Part shown: positions 36,184 through 44,245 of the stretch, one piece after another
Layout: each line of letters starts with the position of its first letter
How positions within the stretch are numbered: the first letter of the stretch is position 1
Assembly: GCA_049678505.1 (NCBI GenBank)
Contig: JBAUEH010000111.1
Location: forward strand, 3,626 to 67,625
Reading direction: 5' to 3'
Length of the DNA stretch: 64,000 nucleotides
Source of the DNA: Candidatus Acidiferrales bacterium
Lineage (GTDB): Bacteria > Acidobacteriota > Terriglobia > Acidiferrales > UBA7541
The notes under the pieces: model-generated
What the model was told of the DNA's origin: nothing
The model's database searches: none
What the model saw: the letters and a program-made list of their open reading frames with translations, nothing else
Translations under genes and position numbers: made by a program

Positions 36184-39129
36184 TCAAGGCACCGGCCGGA
36201 AACCTGCGGACGACCCTCCCGCATAGATTGGCTTTCCTGTCTTCGGACTCCGCTGCACGACGTGCGGCGTCAACAGGATCAGCAATTCGGTGCTGCTGTT
36301 CTGCGTGTTGGAAGCACTTGCCGCCAGCGCCAGCGGTCCCAGTGCTTCCGCTCCGGGCGTCCCATTAATGGCCTGCATCTCCGTGGATTCGATGATCCCC
36401 GCGAGCGCTGTTGTTTGCTCCGCCTTGGTGCTAACCGTTTGTTCCACGGTCTCGTTGCTAATCACCGGGATTTCATTCACGGTGCTGCCGGTGAGGCTTC
36501 GCAGCTCGAAATGCAAGTCCAACGTGACATTTCCACCCGCCTGAATGTACGGCGTAGCTTTGATTTTCAATCCAATGTCTTCATACTCTGCAGAGGGATA
36601 AGGAGTCGACGCCACGCCGGTTCCGTTCGGGCTGAACGTTGCATTGTCCAGGATGATGGTCAGCTCATTCGCCGTTGAATTGGCGATCGCCAAGCCTGGT
36701 GGACTGGTAGTGCCCAGAAAATCGGCTGAAACGAGTCCCACAGGAGCGCTGCCCGCCGGTAAAATGAGCGGTGTCGCGAAAGTCCCGTCTCCGTTTCCTA
36801 TGAGAATGGACACGGTGTCTGCGTCTTGGTCCGTCACCGCCAGGTCCGGCAGCCCGTCCACGTTGAAATCTCCCTCGGTGATCGCGACGGGTTTGTTCCC
36901 GGCTGCAGATGCATTGTTCAGCACGAATGTTTCCCCCTGCGTGAACGTGCCGTCGCCGTTGCCCAAGTAAACCAAAAGGGTGTCGTCCGTCTGATTCACC
37001 ATCGCCAGATCGATGTTCGTGCTGTTATCCAAATCGAACTGCCCTGCGGCAATGGCCACGGGAGTGTTTCCTGTGACCAGTGTGGTTAAGTTTATGAACG
37101 TGCCATTCCCATTGCCTAGGAAGACTGAAACCGTGTTCGCCGTTTGGTTCGTTACCGCAAGATCGAGTTTGCCATCGTTGTTGAAGTCAGCCGTCGCAAT
37201 CGCTGAGGGTGCCGCGCCGGTGGTAAACTTCGCTTGCGGTTGGAACGTGCCATCTCCATTGCCCAGCAAAATCGAAACAGTGTTGTCTGTTTGATTGACC
37301 ACCGCCAAATCGATGTATCCGTCGTCGTTGAAATCCCCGGACACAATCGCCACCGGATTCTTCCCTGTCGCGAACGTGCCTTTCAGCGTAAATGTCCCGT
37401 CACCATTGCCCAAGAAAATTGAAACCGTATTGTCTGTCTGATTGACAACCGCTAGGTCCGGAATGCCGTCACCATTGAAGTCGGCGGTCACCGCAGCTAT
37501 CGGTCCTTGCCCCGTTGCCAGGGTCCCGTTGCTGTTGAACGTCCCATTCCCGTTGCCCAACAAAATGGAAACTGTGTTATCCGTATGATTCACCACCGCC
37601 AAGTCGACATTTCCATCCCCATTGAAATCCGCCGTGATGACGGCGACGGGATCCTGTCCCGTCGCGACCGTCGACTCGGGAAAGAGGCTCGATGAAACTG
37701 CCGAAATGAAACCCGGTGAGGTTAAGCTTGAGGAATACTGCGCCAGATCGATCGGCACACGTTCGCCTGCAAAAAAGGTGGTTGGTTTGCCATCTTCCGC
37801 GCGCAACACCACACGGCGTCCGGTCCGCACCGTATTTAGCATGTCGGAAAACGCCGCTGCGGCCCCAGGCAGCGTCGCCAGGAACGTTGTTTTGCCTCCG
37901 CCAAAAGCCACCAGCGGCGGTATCAGCGAGCCAATGCCTACCGTTCCTTCTCCAATTAGTGATGCCAATTGCGTCGTGCTCACTCCTGATAAGCTGCTCC
38001 CTGTTCCGAATAGTTGCTGGATCACGGAAACCAGTCCCGCTGCTCCTTGTTGCGCTTCCTGAATCTGCTGCGAGCTCAGCGTGAAGGCCTGCGCTGTCTG
38101 CGGGGGCGTGATGCCGAGCTGCGTGGCCGCATTGCGGTCCACTTCCAGTATTTCCATTTCAAGTACCACTTCGCCATGCGGCTGCTCTAATTGATCCAGC
38201 AACTGCGCCGCCACGGAAATCGCTTGCGGCGAAGCGCGCATGGTTATCGTTCGACTCGCCAGATTCAACTCGGCGCGGTTAATCCCTGCTATCTCGCGCA
38301 CCGTGCGGACCTCCTGCGTCATTTCATCGTTTGAGTCCGCCGCCGGCAATTGCACCGTGCGCACAACCGAGAGGTCATAGGCCCGTCTCTTCTCCGGCGT
38401 ATCAGCGGCAACGAAGAACAACCGTGACGTTAGCGGCCGCCAGAAACTTCCGGTCATGTCTCCCAACACTCGCATGGCCGTCTCGAAATCCACATTCTCA
38501 ATCCTCAGGTGAACCGCTCTCGATTGCAGGTCCACATCGAACGAAGCCTCCACGCCAAATTCGCGCGCCACCTCTTCGTACGCGCTCGCCGTATCGCCGT
38601 GAAAGTCGAAGCTTTTCGTGCCCGTTAGCGGTTTCAAACGCACTACGCCTGCCGGTTCCAGCATCAATGTTCGCAGCGTTTCCGCCGACGAAGGCGCCAG
38701 TTGCGCCAGCCGCTCGCGCACGATTTCGTCGCCTGGATCGAGCACTAGCGCCGCGTGCAGTTCATGGCGCGCTTCGGCCATGCTGCCCATCAGCGCGTCT
38801 TGCTCGGCGCGATCAACCTCTTCGCCCACGACCTTGCCCCGCGCGATTTCGCGCCGCAGCAAATATTCGTGACTCGTCGAATCCTGCCGGACGGCTTCCG
38901 AATACGCCGCGAACGCCAGCAGCCAATTTGCTTCCTTCTCTGCCTTCAATCCTCTCTGGTATGCAGCCTTTGCCTGCTTCGCATCCTGCGGCTTATTCGT
39001 CACGCTTTTCGCGGACGGCGCCTGCTGGCCCGCTGGAGCAGGCTTCGCCGGCGTCGGCGTTTGCGCGTTGGTAACGGCCGCAGCGCAAAGAAAAAGTGCA
39101 ATGAGTATGTTCGAGCGCAAGGAAATCAA
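36184..39129 (-). CDS. secretin-family outer-membrane channel protein with an inserted seven-repeat FG-GAP/VCBS-like module
   Basis: 981 aa. Signal peptide, a TPR-like helical region, secretin-N-like domains, and the start of the secretin domain (VVLEMEILEVDRNAATQLGI ... VVLRAEDGKPTTFFAGERVPI). Seven FG-GAP-like repeats follow. Then comes the secretin end (YEDIGLKIKATPYIQAGGNVTLDLHFELRSL ... IPVISNETVEQTVS ... ELLILLTPHVV). Confidence 0.8.
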   Translation of the reverse strand: MISLRSNILIALFLCAAAVTNAQTPTPAKPAPAGQQAPSAKSVTNKPQDAKQAKAAYQRGLKAEKEANWLLAFAAYSEAVRQDSTSHEYLLRREIARGKVVGEEVDRAEQDALMGSMAEARHELHAALVLDPGDEIVRERLAQLAPSSAETLRTLMLEPAGVVRLKPLTGTKSFDFHGDTASAYEEVAREFGVEASFDVDLQSRAVHLRIENVDFETAMRVLGDMTGSFWRPLTSRLFFVAADTPEKRRAYDLSVVRTVQLPAADSNDEMTQEVRTVREIAGINRAELNLASRTITMRASPQAISVAAQLLDQLEQPHGEVVLEMEILEVDRNAATQLGITPPQTAQAFTLSSQQIQEAQQGAAGLVSVIQQLFGTGSSLSGVSTTQLASLIGEGTVGIGSLIPPLVAFGGGKTTFLATLPGAAAAFSDMLNTVRTGRRVVLRAEDGKPTTFFAGERVPIDLAQYSSSLTSPGFISAVSSSLFPESTVATGQDPVAVITADFNGDGNVDLAVVNHTDNTVSILLGNGNGTFNSNGTLATGQGPIAAVTADFNGDGIPDLAVVNQTDNTVSIFLGNGDGTFTLKGTFATGKNPVAIVSGDFNDDGYIDLAVVNQTDNTVSILLGNGDGTFQPQAKFTTGAAPSAIATADFNNDGKLDLAVTNQTANTVSVFLGNGNGTFINLTTLVTGNTPVAIAAGQFDLDNSTNIDLAMVNQTDDTLLVYLGNGDGTFTQGETFVLNNASAAGNKPVAITEGDFNVDGLPDLAVTDQDADTVSILIGNGDGTFATPLILPAGSAPVGLVSADFLGTTSPPGLAIANSTANELTIILDNATFSPNGTGVASTPYPSAEYEDIGLKIKATPYIQAGGNVTLDLHFELRSLTGSTVNEIPVISNETVEQTVSTKAEQTTALAGIIESTEMQAINGTPGAEALGPLALAASASNTQNSSTELLILLTPHVVQRSPKTGKPIYAGGSSAGFRPVP
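36625..37677 (-). repeat. seven tandem ~49-codon FG-GAP-like coding repeats inside the secretin gene
   Basis: Consensus TG..P.A....DFNGDG..DLAV.NQTDNTVSI.LGNGDGTF. Five copies are very regular and two are degenerate. Confidence 0.8.
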
Positions 39130-39270
39130 CCTTTTGCTATCTTACACAGATTGGAAGGAGGCACGTGAAGTTGCCTGGACTTGTGCCGCGAAAGCTAAGC
39201 CTCGCGCCTGCTTCCCGCAACAGAAGTCTGCTGCAGACGCGCCGCTTCAGCGCTTGTCAGGGCATTTCCC

Positions 39271-39299
39271 TTGCTTCTGGCGCTTCCTCGGGGTACACT
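39271..39299 (+). promoter_or_regulatory. putative promoter of the FTR1 cluster
   Basis: TTGCTT (39271-39276), a 17-nt spacer, and TACACT (39294-39299). Confidence 0.35.
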
Positions 39300-39306
39300 C
39301 GAATTT

Positions 39307-39331
39307 CTAGTTGATACATAGTGTCAACTAG
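39307..39331. promoter_or_regulatory. 25-bp near-perfect palindrome (candidate operator) at the predicted transcription start
   Basis: CTAGTTGATAC-ATA-GTGTCAACTAG has 11-bp arms with one G:T position. It begins about 8 nt after the -10. Confidence 0.45.
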
Positions 39332-39347
39332 CTGGGATTACCGATCC

Positions 39348-40610
39348 ATGCTTTCTGCTCTCTTAATCGCTCTCCGTGAAGGCGTCGAGGCCGCCCTTGT
39401 TGTCGGCATCGTCCTAGTTTATCTCAATCGCACTGGTCGTCGCGCGCTGGCTCGTTATGTATGGGTAGGTGTCGCTCTTGCGGTCGTCGTTAGCTTCGCG
39501 GCAGCCGTCCTGCTTCAGCGCTGGCAGATCAGCGAAGACGGCTTTGAGGGCATCCTCATGCTCTTGGCCGCGGTCCTCGTTGTTTCCATGATCGTCTGGA
39601 TGAACCGCGTCGCCCGCCGCTTGCGCAAGGAGATCGAGCAGCGCATCGAGCGTTATGCGCAACAGAGCGAGCGCTTTGCGGGTTGGGGAATCGGCTTTTT
39701 CGTTTTTCTGATGGTTCTTCGCGAAGGCGCCGAACTCATCCTGATTCTGCGCGCTGTGGAGCTGTCCATCGCCGGCCTGCAAGTTTGGATCGGCACGGGC
39801 GTGGGCATCACGCTCGCCGTGGCCGTGGGAGTCTTTTTCTTTCAGGGCACTTTGAAAGTGCCTCTCAGCCGTTTCTTTGCCGCGACCAGCATCATCCTGA
39901 TGGTCGTGGCTTTCCAGCTTGCCCTCACCGGCCTTCACGAAATGAGCGAGGCGCTCTGGCTGCCTTCGAGCGCCCGCGAAATGGCCACCGTGGGCCCTAT
40001 CGTTCGTAATGAATACTTCTTTTTCGTCGTTATTTTGGCGGTGACCGCCATCGTTGTTCTTCGCGAATGGTTCGCGCTCCGCGCCGCTGCGGCGAACTCC
40101 ATCGAGAATCCCGCCGAAAAGCGTCTTCGCCAATATGAACATCGCCGCCGTAGCATCTGGACCGCCGCGACGGCATTTCTCTGCCTGGTGGTCATTCTTT
40201 CCTTGACCGCTGAATTCGTCTACACACGCGCATCGGCTGCTCCGCCCGAAGCTGAAAAACTCGTTGCTGCGGGAAACATTGTCCGCATTCCGGTGGCGGA
40301 GATGAACGGCGTGGATCTTCATTTCTACGCCATGGATGTGCAGGGCTCGTCGGTTCGGTTCCTGGTGATCCGCAAGCCCAACGGCCAGTATGCCACCGCG
40401 CTCGATGCCTGCCAGATTTGCGGCGCCATGGGTTTTCGTCAGGAAGGTTCGATGCTGATTTGCCGCAATTGCGGCGCGCCGATTAATGCCGTCGAAGTCG
40501 GCATGCCCGGCGGCTGCAATCCCATCGCCTTCCCGTCACACGTGGACGGCGCGAACATCGTCATCGACGTCTCCGCGATCTCCGCCGCTGTTTCGGAAAT
40601 TAAGAAATGA
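39348..40610 (+). CDS. FTR1-family iron permease fused to a C-terminal four-Cys DUF2318-like domain
   Basis: REGVE (MLSALLIALREGVEAAL) and REGAE (MVLREGAELILIL) permease motifs and multiple TM helices. The C-terminal soluble domain carries ACQICG...CRNCG. The start was set at ATG 39348 because this N-terminus resembles E. coli EfeU as I recall it (MFVPFLIMLREGLEAAL). GTG 39321 is also in frame. Confidence 0.8.
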   Translation: MLSALLIALREGVEAALVVGIVLVYLNRTGRRALARYVWVGVALAVVVSFAAAVLLQRWQISEDGFEGILMLLAAVLVVSMIVWMNRVARRLRKEIEQRIERYAQQSERFAGWGIGFFVFLMVLREGAELILILRAVELSIAGLQVWIGTGVGITLAVAVGVFFFQGTLKVPLSRFFAATSIILMVVAFQLALTGLHEMSEALWLPSSAREMATVGPIVRNEYFFFVVILAVTAIVVLREWFALRAAAANSIENPAEKRLRQYEHRRRSIWTAATAFLCLVVILSLTAEFVYTRASAAPPEAEKLVAAGNIVRIPVAEMNGVDLHFYAMDVQGSSVRFLVIRKPNGQYATALDACQICGAMGFRQEGSMLICRNCGAPINAVEVGMPGGCNPIAFPSHVDGANIVIDVSAISAAVSEIKK

Positions 40611-40628
40611 AAGCTCGCCGAAAATAGG

Positions 40629-41927
40629 ATGTTCATTCGCCTCCTTAAGGAATCGCTTATCCGCAATCCGCGCCGTAAGCTCCTCACCGGCATAGCACTC
40701 GTTTTGGGCATGGCCGTTGCCACGGCGACATTCACGGTCGCCGTCGACGTCGGTGACCAACTCGCTCGCGAGTTCCGCAGCTTTGGCGCTAACCTCCTGG
40801 TTACGCCGCAAGACGATACGTTGCCCGTCGAAATCGGCGGTGTCGATTATCGCCCGGTCACGCAAGGCGCCTATCTTTCGGTCTCGGTATTGCCCAAGCT
40901 CAAATCGATTTTCTGGCGCCACAACATCCTCGGCTTCACGCCTTTCCTCGACGTTCCGGTCGCGGTCGCAACCTCCACTGGCAGCGCTTCCGGTAAAACT
41001 TTTTCTGCCACTCTTATCGGCACTTGGTACAAGCACTCCGTCGCCGTGGAAGACGGCTCGACGTTCGTTACGGGTGCCAGCTCCACGCATCCGTGGTGGA
41101 AAATTCGAGGTCAATGGTTCACGGAAGATTCTCCGCAGTGTGTCGTCGGCGCTTCGCTGGCAGGAAAATACGGGATCACCGTTGGCAGCGTTCTGAATCT
41201 GTCCGCGGCGAACTCAAATGTCGCCACGGCTGTAACTGTCACGGGCGTGGTCTCCACTGGCGACTCGCAAGACGACGCAATTCTTTGTCCTCTATCCATC
41301 GCGCAGAATCTCGCCGGCAAGCCCGGCCAGTTCCGCAGTCTTTTCATCAGCGCGCTCACCAAGCCAGAGGACAGCTTCTCCCGCCGTGATCCCAACACGA
41401 TGAGTCCCACCGAATTTGATCGCTGGTACTGCACGCCGTATATCAGTTCCATCAGTCACCAGATTCAGCAAGTTTTCCCCGGCACGCAAGTGCGACCCAT
41501 CCGCCGCGTTGCGGATACCGAAGGCCGCGTTCTTTCTCAGGTCAGCTTGCTGCTTTGGATCGTCACGATTGCCGCACTCATCGCCGCCGCGCTTGCCGTT
41601 GCCGCTACCTCCGCCACAACCGCCATGGAACGCCGCTCGGAAGTCGGCTTGATGAAGGCTCTCGGAGCCACGAATTTTCTCGTGAGCGGCTTGTTCTTTT
41701 CCGAGCAACTTTTTCTTGCCATCGTCGGCGGCTGCATTGGCTTCGCGCTCGGCGCGGGGCTGGCTCGCGAACTTGGTGAAACAGTCTTCGGCGTCGCCAC
41801 GTCTCCTCGGCTGATTGTCTTGCCCGTAATTCTCGCGGCCGCGACGCTAGTCGCCATTGTGGGCAGCTGGATTCCTCTTTATCGCGCCGCGCACATTTCT
41901 CCCGCTCCAATTCTGAGGGGAGAATAA
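40629..41927 (+). CDS. FtsX/MacB-type ABC transporter permease
   Basis: 432 aa. TM1, a ~250-aa extracytoplasmic domain, then three C-terminal TM helices carrying the FtsX signature region (RRSEVGLMKALGATN). Confidence 0.8.
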   Translation: MFIRLLKESLIRNPRRKLLTGIALVLGMAVATATFTVAVDVGDQLAREFRSFGANLLVTPQDDTLPVEIGGVDYRPVTQGAYLSVSVLPKLKSIFWRHNILGFTPFLDVPVAVATSTGSASGKTFSATLIGTWYKHSVAVEDGSTFVTGASSTHPWWKIRGQWFTEDSPQCVVGASLAGKYGITVGSVLNLSAANSNVATAVTVTGVVSTGDSQDDAILCPLSIAQNLAGKPGQFRSLFISALTKPEDSFSRRDPNTMSPTEFDRWYCTPYISSISHQIQQVFPGTQVRPIRRVADTEGRVLSQVSLLLWIVTIAALIAAALAVAATSATTAMERRSEVGLMKALGATNFLVSGLFFSEQLFLAIVGGCIGFALGAGLARELGETVFGVATSPRLIVLPVILAAATLVAIVGSWIPLYRAAHISPAPILRGE

Positions 41928-43063
41928 TGTTCAAACGCCTTCTTCTGCATTTGCTTCGTGGAAATCGCGTGCGCCTGACCGTCGCGTTGCTCGCGCTCAC
42001 TAGCGGCGCCACGGTTGTTTCCGCGCTCATGAATCTCGACGTCGATATCAATCGTAAACTCGCGCAGGAATTTCGCTCCCTCGGCGCGAATCTCGTCGTC
42101 TCTGCGCCATCCTCGATAGCGTCGAATACAGCTTCTTCCGCGTTGTTCGACGCTTCCGCCATGCGAGCCGTCGACTCGCTGCAATCATCCGGCGTCGTCG
42201 CGTCTCCCTATCTTTACCTAGTTGCGCGCACCGGCTCCACTCCCGGTCGCGAGGTCGTGGTCGCTGGCGCGTGGCTCGATCGCATCGCTCAAATGTCTCC
42301 CTGGTGGCAAATCGCGGGCGACTCATCTGTTTCGCGCACCGACCCTTCGCATTGCCTAATCGGACGCAACGTCAGCCGTAGCCTCGCCCTTTCCACCGGC
42401 GGCACATTTGCGCTCAGTTACGAAAGTCGCACCGCGAATCTCATCATCGCGGGCATCGTCGACGCCGGCGGCCCCGAAGACAATCAGATCTTCGTGAACC
42501 TGCCCGTCGCTCAGACGCTCGCCGGGGCTGCTGGCAAAGTCCAGCTCGTCCAGCTCAGTGTTCCCGGTTCACCCGACGAGGTTCGCACCGTGCAATCTCA
42601 TCTGCAATCCGTGCTCCCTGCTCTCCTCGTCAAGCCCATTCCGCAAATCACCGAGGCGGAAGGCAAGCTGCTCCGCCGCATTCGTTTTTTAATTTTTTCA
42701 ACGGGCCTGCTCATCTTGGTGCTCACTGCGCTCTGCCTCGTGGCCACCATGGCTGCGCTTGCCATGGAACGCCGCAAAGATGTCGGCTTGATGAAAGCCC
42801 TCGGCGGTTCCATGCAAAAGGTGCTTCGAATTTTTCTGGCCGAAGTCGGCATCATGGCGTTCGCCGGAGGGATTCTCGGGTATGGTTTTGGCATGCTGCT
42901 TTCCGTTTGGATGGGATACCGCGTTTTCGGGGCGAGTATCACGCCGCGTTGGGAAGTGCTTCCGGCAACCTTGGTTCTGATGCTCTTCGTCGCGTTTGCC
43001 GGCGCGCTCCCTTTGCGGCTGCTGGGCAACGTTCGCCCGGCCGTTATTTTGCGTGGAGAATAA
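41927..43063 (+). CDS. FtsX/MacB-type ABC transporter permease (second copy)
   Basis: 378 aa with the same architecture (RRKDVGLMKALGGSM). The start overlaps the previous stop. Confidence 0.8.
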   Translation: MFKRLLLHLLRGNRVRLTVALLALTSGATVVSALMNLDVDINRKLAQEFRSLGANLVVSAPSSIASNTASSALFDASAMRAVDSLQSSGVVASPYLYLVARTGSTPGREVVVAGAWLDRIAQMSPWWQIAGDSSVSRTDPSHCLIGRNVSRSLALSTGGTFALSYESRTANLIIAGIVDAGGPEDNQIFVNLPVAQTLAGAAGKVQLVQLSVPGSPDEVRTVQSHLQSVLPALLVKPIPQITEAEGKLLRRIRFLIFSTGLLILVLTALCLVATMAALAMERRKDVGLMKALGGSMQKVLRIFLAEVGIMAFAGGILGYGFGMLLSVWMGYRVFGASITPRWEVLPATLVLMLFVAFAGALPLRLLGNVRPAVILRGE

Positions 43064-43067
43064 GAAA

Positions 43068-44135
43068 GTGCCGCTTGTTGAAGTTGCGAACTTGAAAAAA
43101 TCTTTCGGCGAAGTCCGCGCGCTCAATGGTGTTTCCTTTTCCGTCGAAGCCGGCGAATGGATCGCCATCATGGGGCCCTCGGGCTCCGGCAAGACCACGC
43201 TCATCAATATTCTTGGCGGCCTGGACACTCCCACGGAAGGCAGCGCCCTCGTCGATGGCGTCGACGTTGGCCGGCTCAACGAATTCGGCCTCACGCGCTT
43301 TCGCGCCGAGAAAATCGGCTTCGTCTTCCAGCAATTCCATCTCGTGCCGTACCTCAGCGCACTCGAAAACGTTATGCTCGCCCAATATTTCCACAGCACC
43401 ACGGACGAATCGGAGGCCGCCACAGCACTGCGCCGCGTTGGCCTCGGCGACCGCCTCACGCATCTTCCCTCGCAGCTCTCCGGAGGAGAACAGCAGCGCG
43501 TAGCTGTCGCTCGCGCGCTGATCAATCATCCCAAGCTGATTCTCGCCGACGAGCCCACGGGCAACCTCGACGAAGCCAACGAAGAGACCGTCATTCACCT
43601 TCTTCGCGAGCTCCATGGCGAAGGTCATACGATCTTCATGGTCACGCACGATCCATCCATTGGCAGCCTCGCCGACCGTCGCGTTGAGCTCGCCCACGGT
43701 CGTCTTGCGCAAATCACGATCTACTCCGCTGAGGACGAAGCCCGTTTCGATCACGTCCTCGAGGAGCTCTGGCTCTGCGCGGAGATTGGCAAGCGCGCCA
43801 AGCTGGCGCGTTTCCATTCGCTCGACCCTGACCCGGAACGCACCATTCAACGCCTCTCCGTTGTCGGCCTCGTGAGTTTGCAGGACTCCGAAGTCGAGTT
43901 GACCGATCGCGGTCAGCGCCGCGCTCGCGGCGTCGTGCGCCGGCGCCGTCTCGCCGAGCGCCTGTTCACGGATACGTTTTCCATCGCGAACGCCGAAGCC
44001 GATTCGCAAGCCTGCAAGTTCGAGCACATCATTAGCCCGGAACTCGACGAACGCATCTGCTCTTTCCTCGGCCATCCGAAGACCTGCCCTCACGGCAAAC
44101 CCATCCCTCCAGGCCCCTGCTGTCCCTCGAAATAA
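43068..44135 (+). CDS. ABC transporter ATP-binding protein fused to a DtxR/MntR-like (wHTH plus metal-binding dimerisation) module
   Basis: Walker A GPSGSGKT, signature [15 protein letters not shown], Walker B [12 protein letters not shown], H-loop VTHD. The C-terminal ~135 aa contain [12 protein letters not shown]...ACKFEHIIS...[8 protein letters not shown]. GTG 43068 lies 4 nt after the upstream stop, and the track start at 42996 overlaps the permease. Confidence 0.8.
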   Translation: [355 protein letters not shown]

Positions 44136-44245
44136 TTTGTCTGGAAAGCCGTGGCATCTGGGTTTTGTCACGATCGGCCCGGCGTGTGAACGGCGTTAGG
44201 ATAGGCTAGAATGAGTGGTCCGACACGATAGCTCCGACCAGTTTG

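Noticed and set aside
36625-37677. Regular ~147-bp nucleotide periodicity that could suggest a repeat array or CRISPR
   Set aside because: The units are in-frame coding repeats (FG-GAP-like) within one ORF. They are diverged at the DNA level and have no spacer/repeat structure. No cas genes occur in the window.
39307-39331. Assignment of the palindrome as a Fur box or DtxR/IdeR box
   Set aside because: The sequence does not match either consensus as I remember them. It is reported only as an unassigned operator candidate.
43044-44171. 375-aa ORF on the minus strand
   Set aside because: It is antisense to the ABC ATPase::DtxR-like gene, whose motifs are unambiguous. It has no recognisable motifs of its own.
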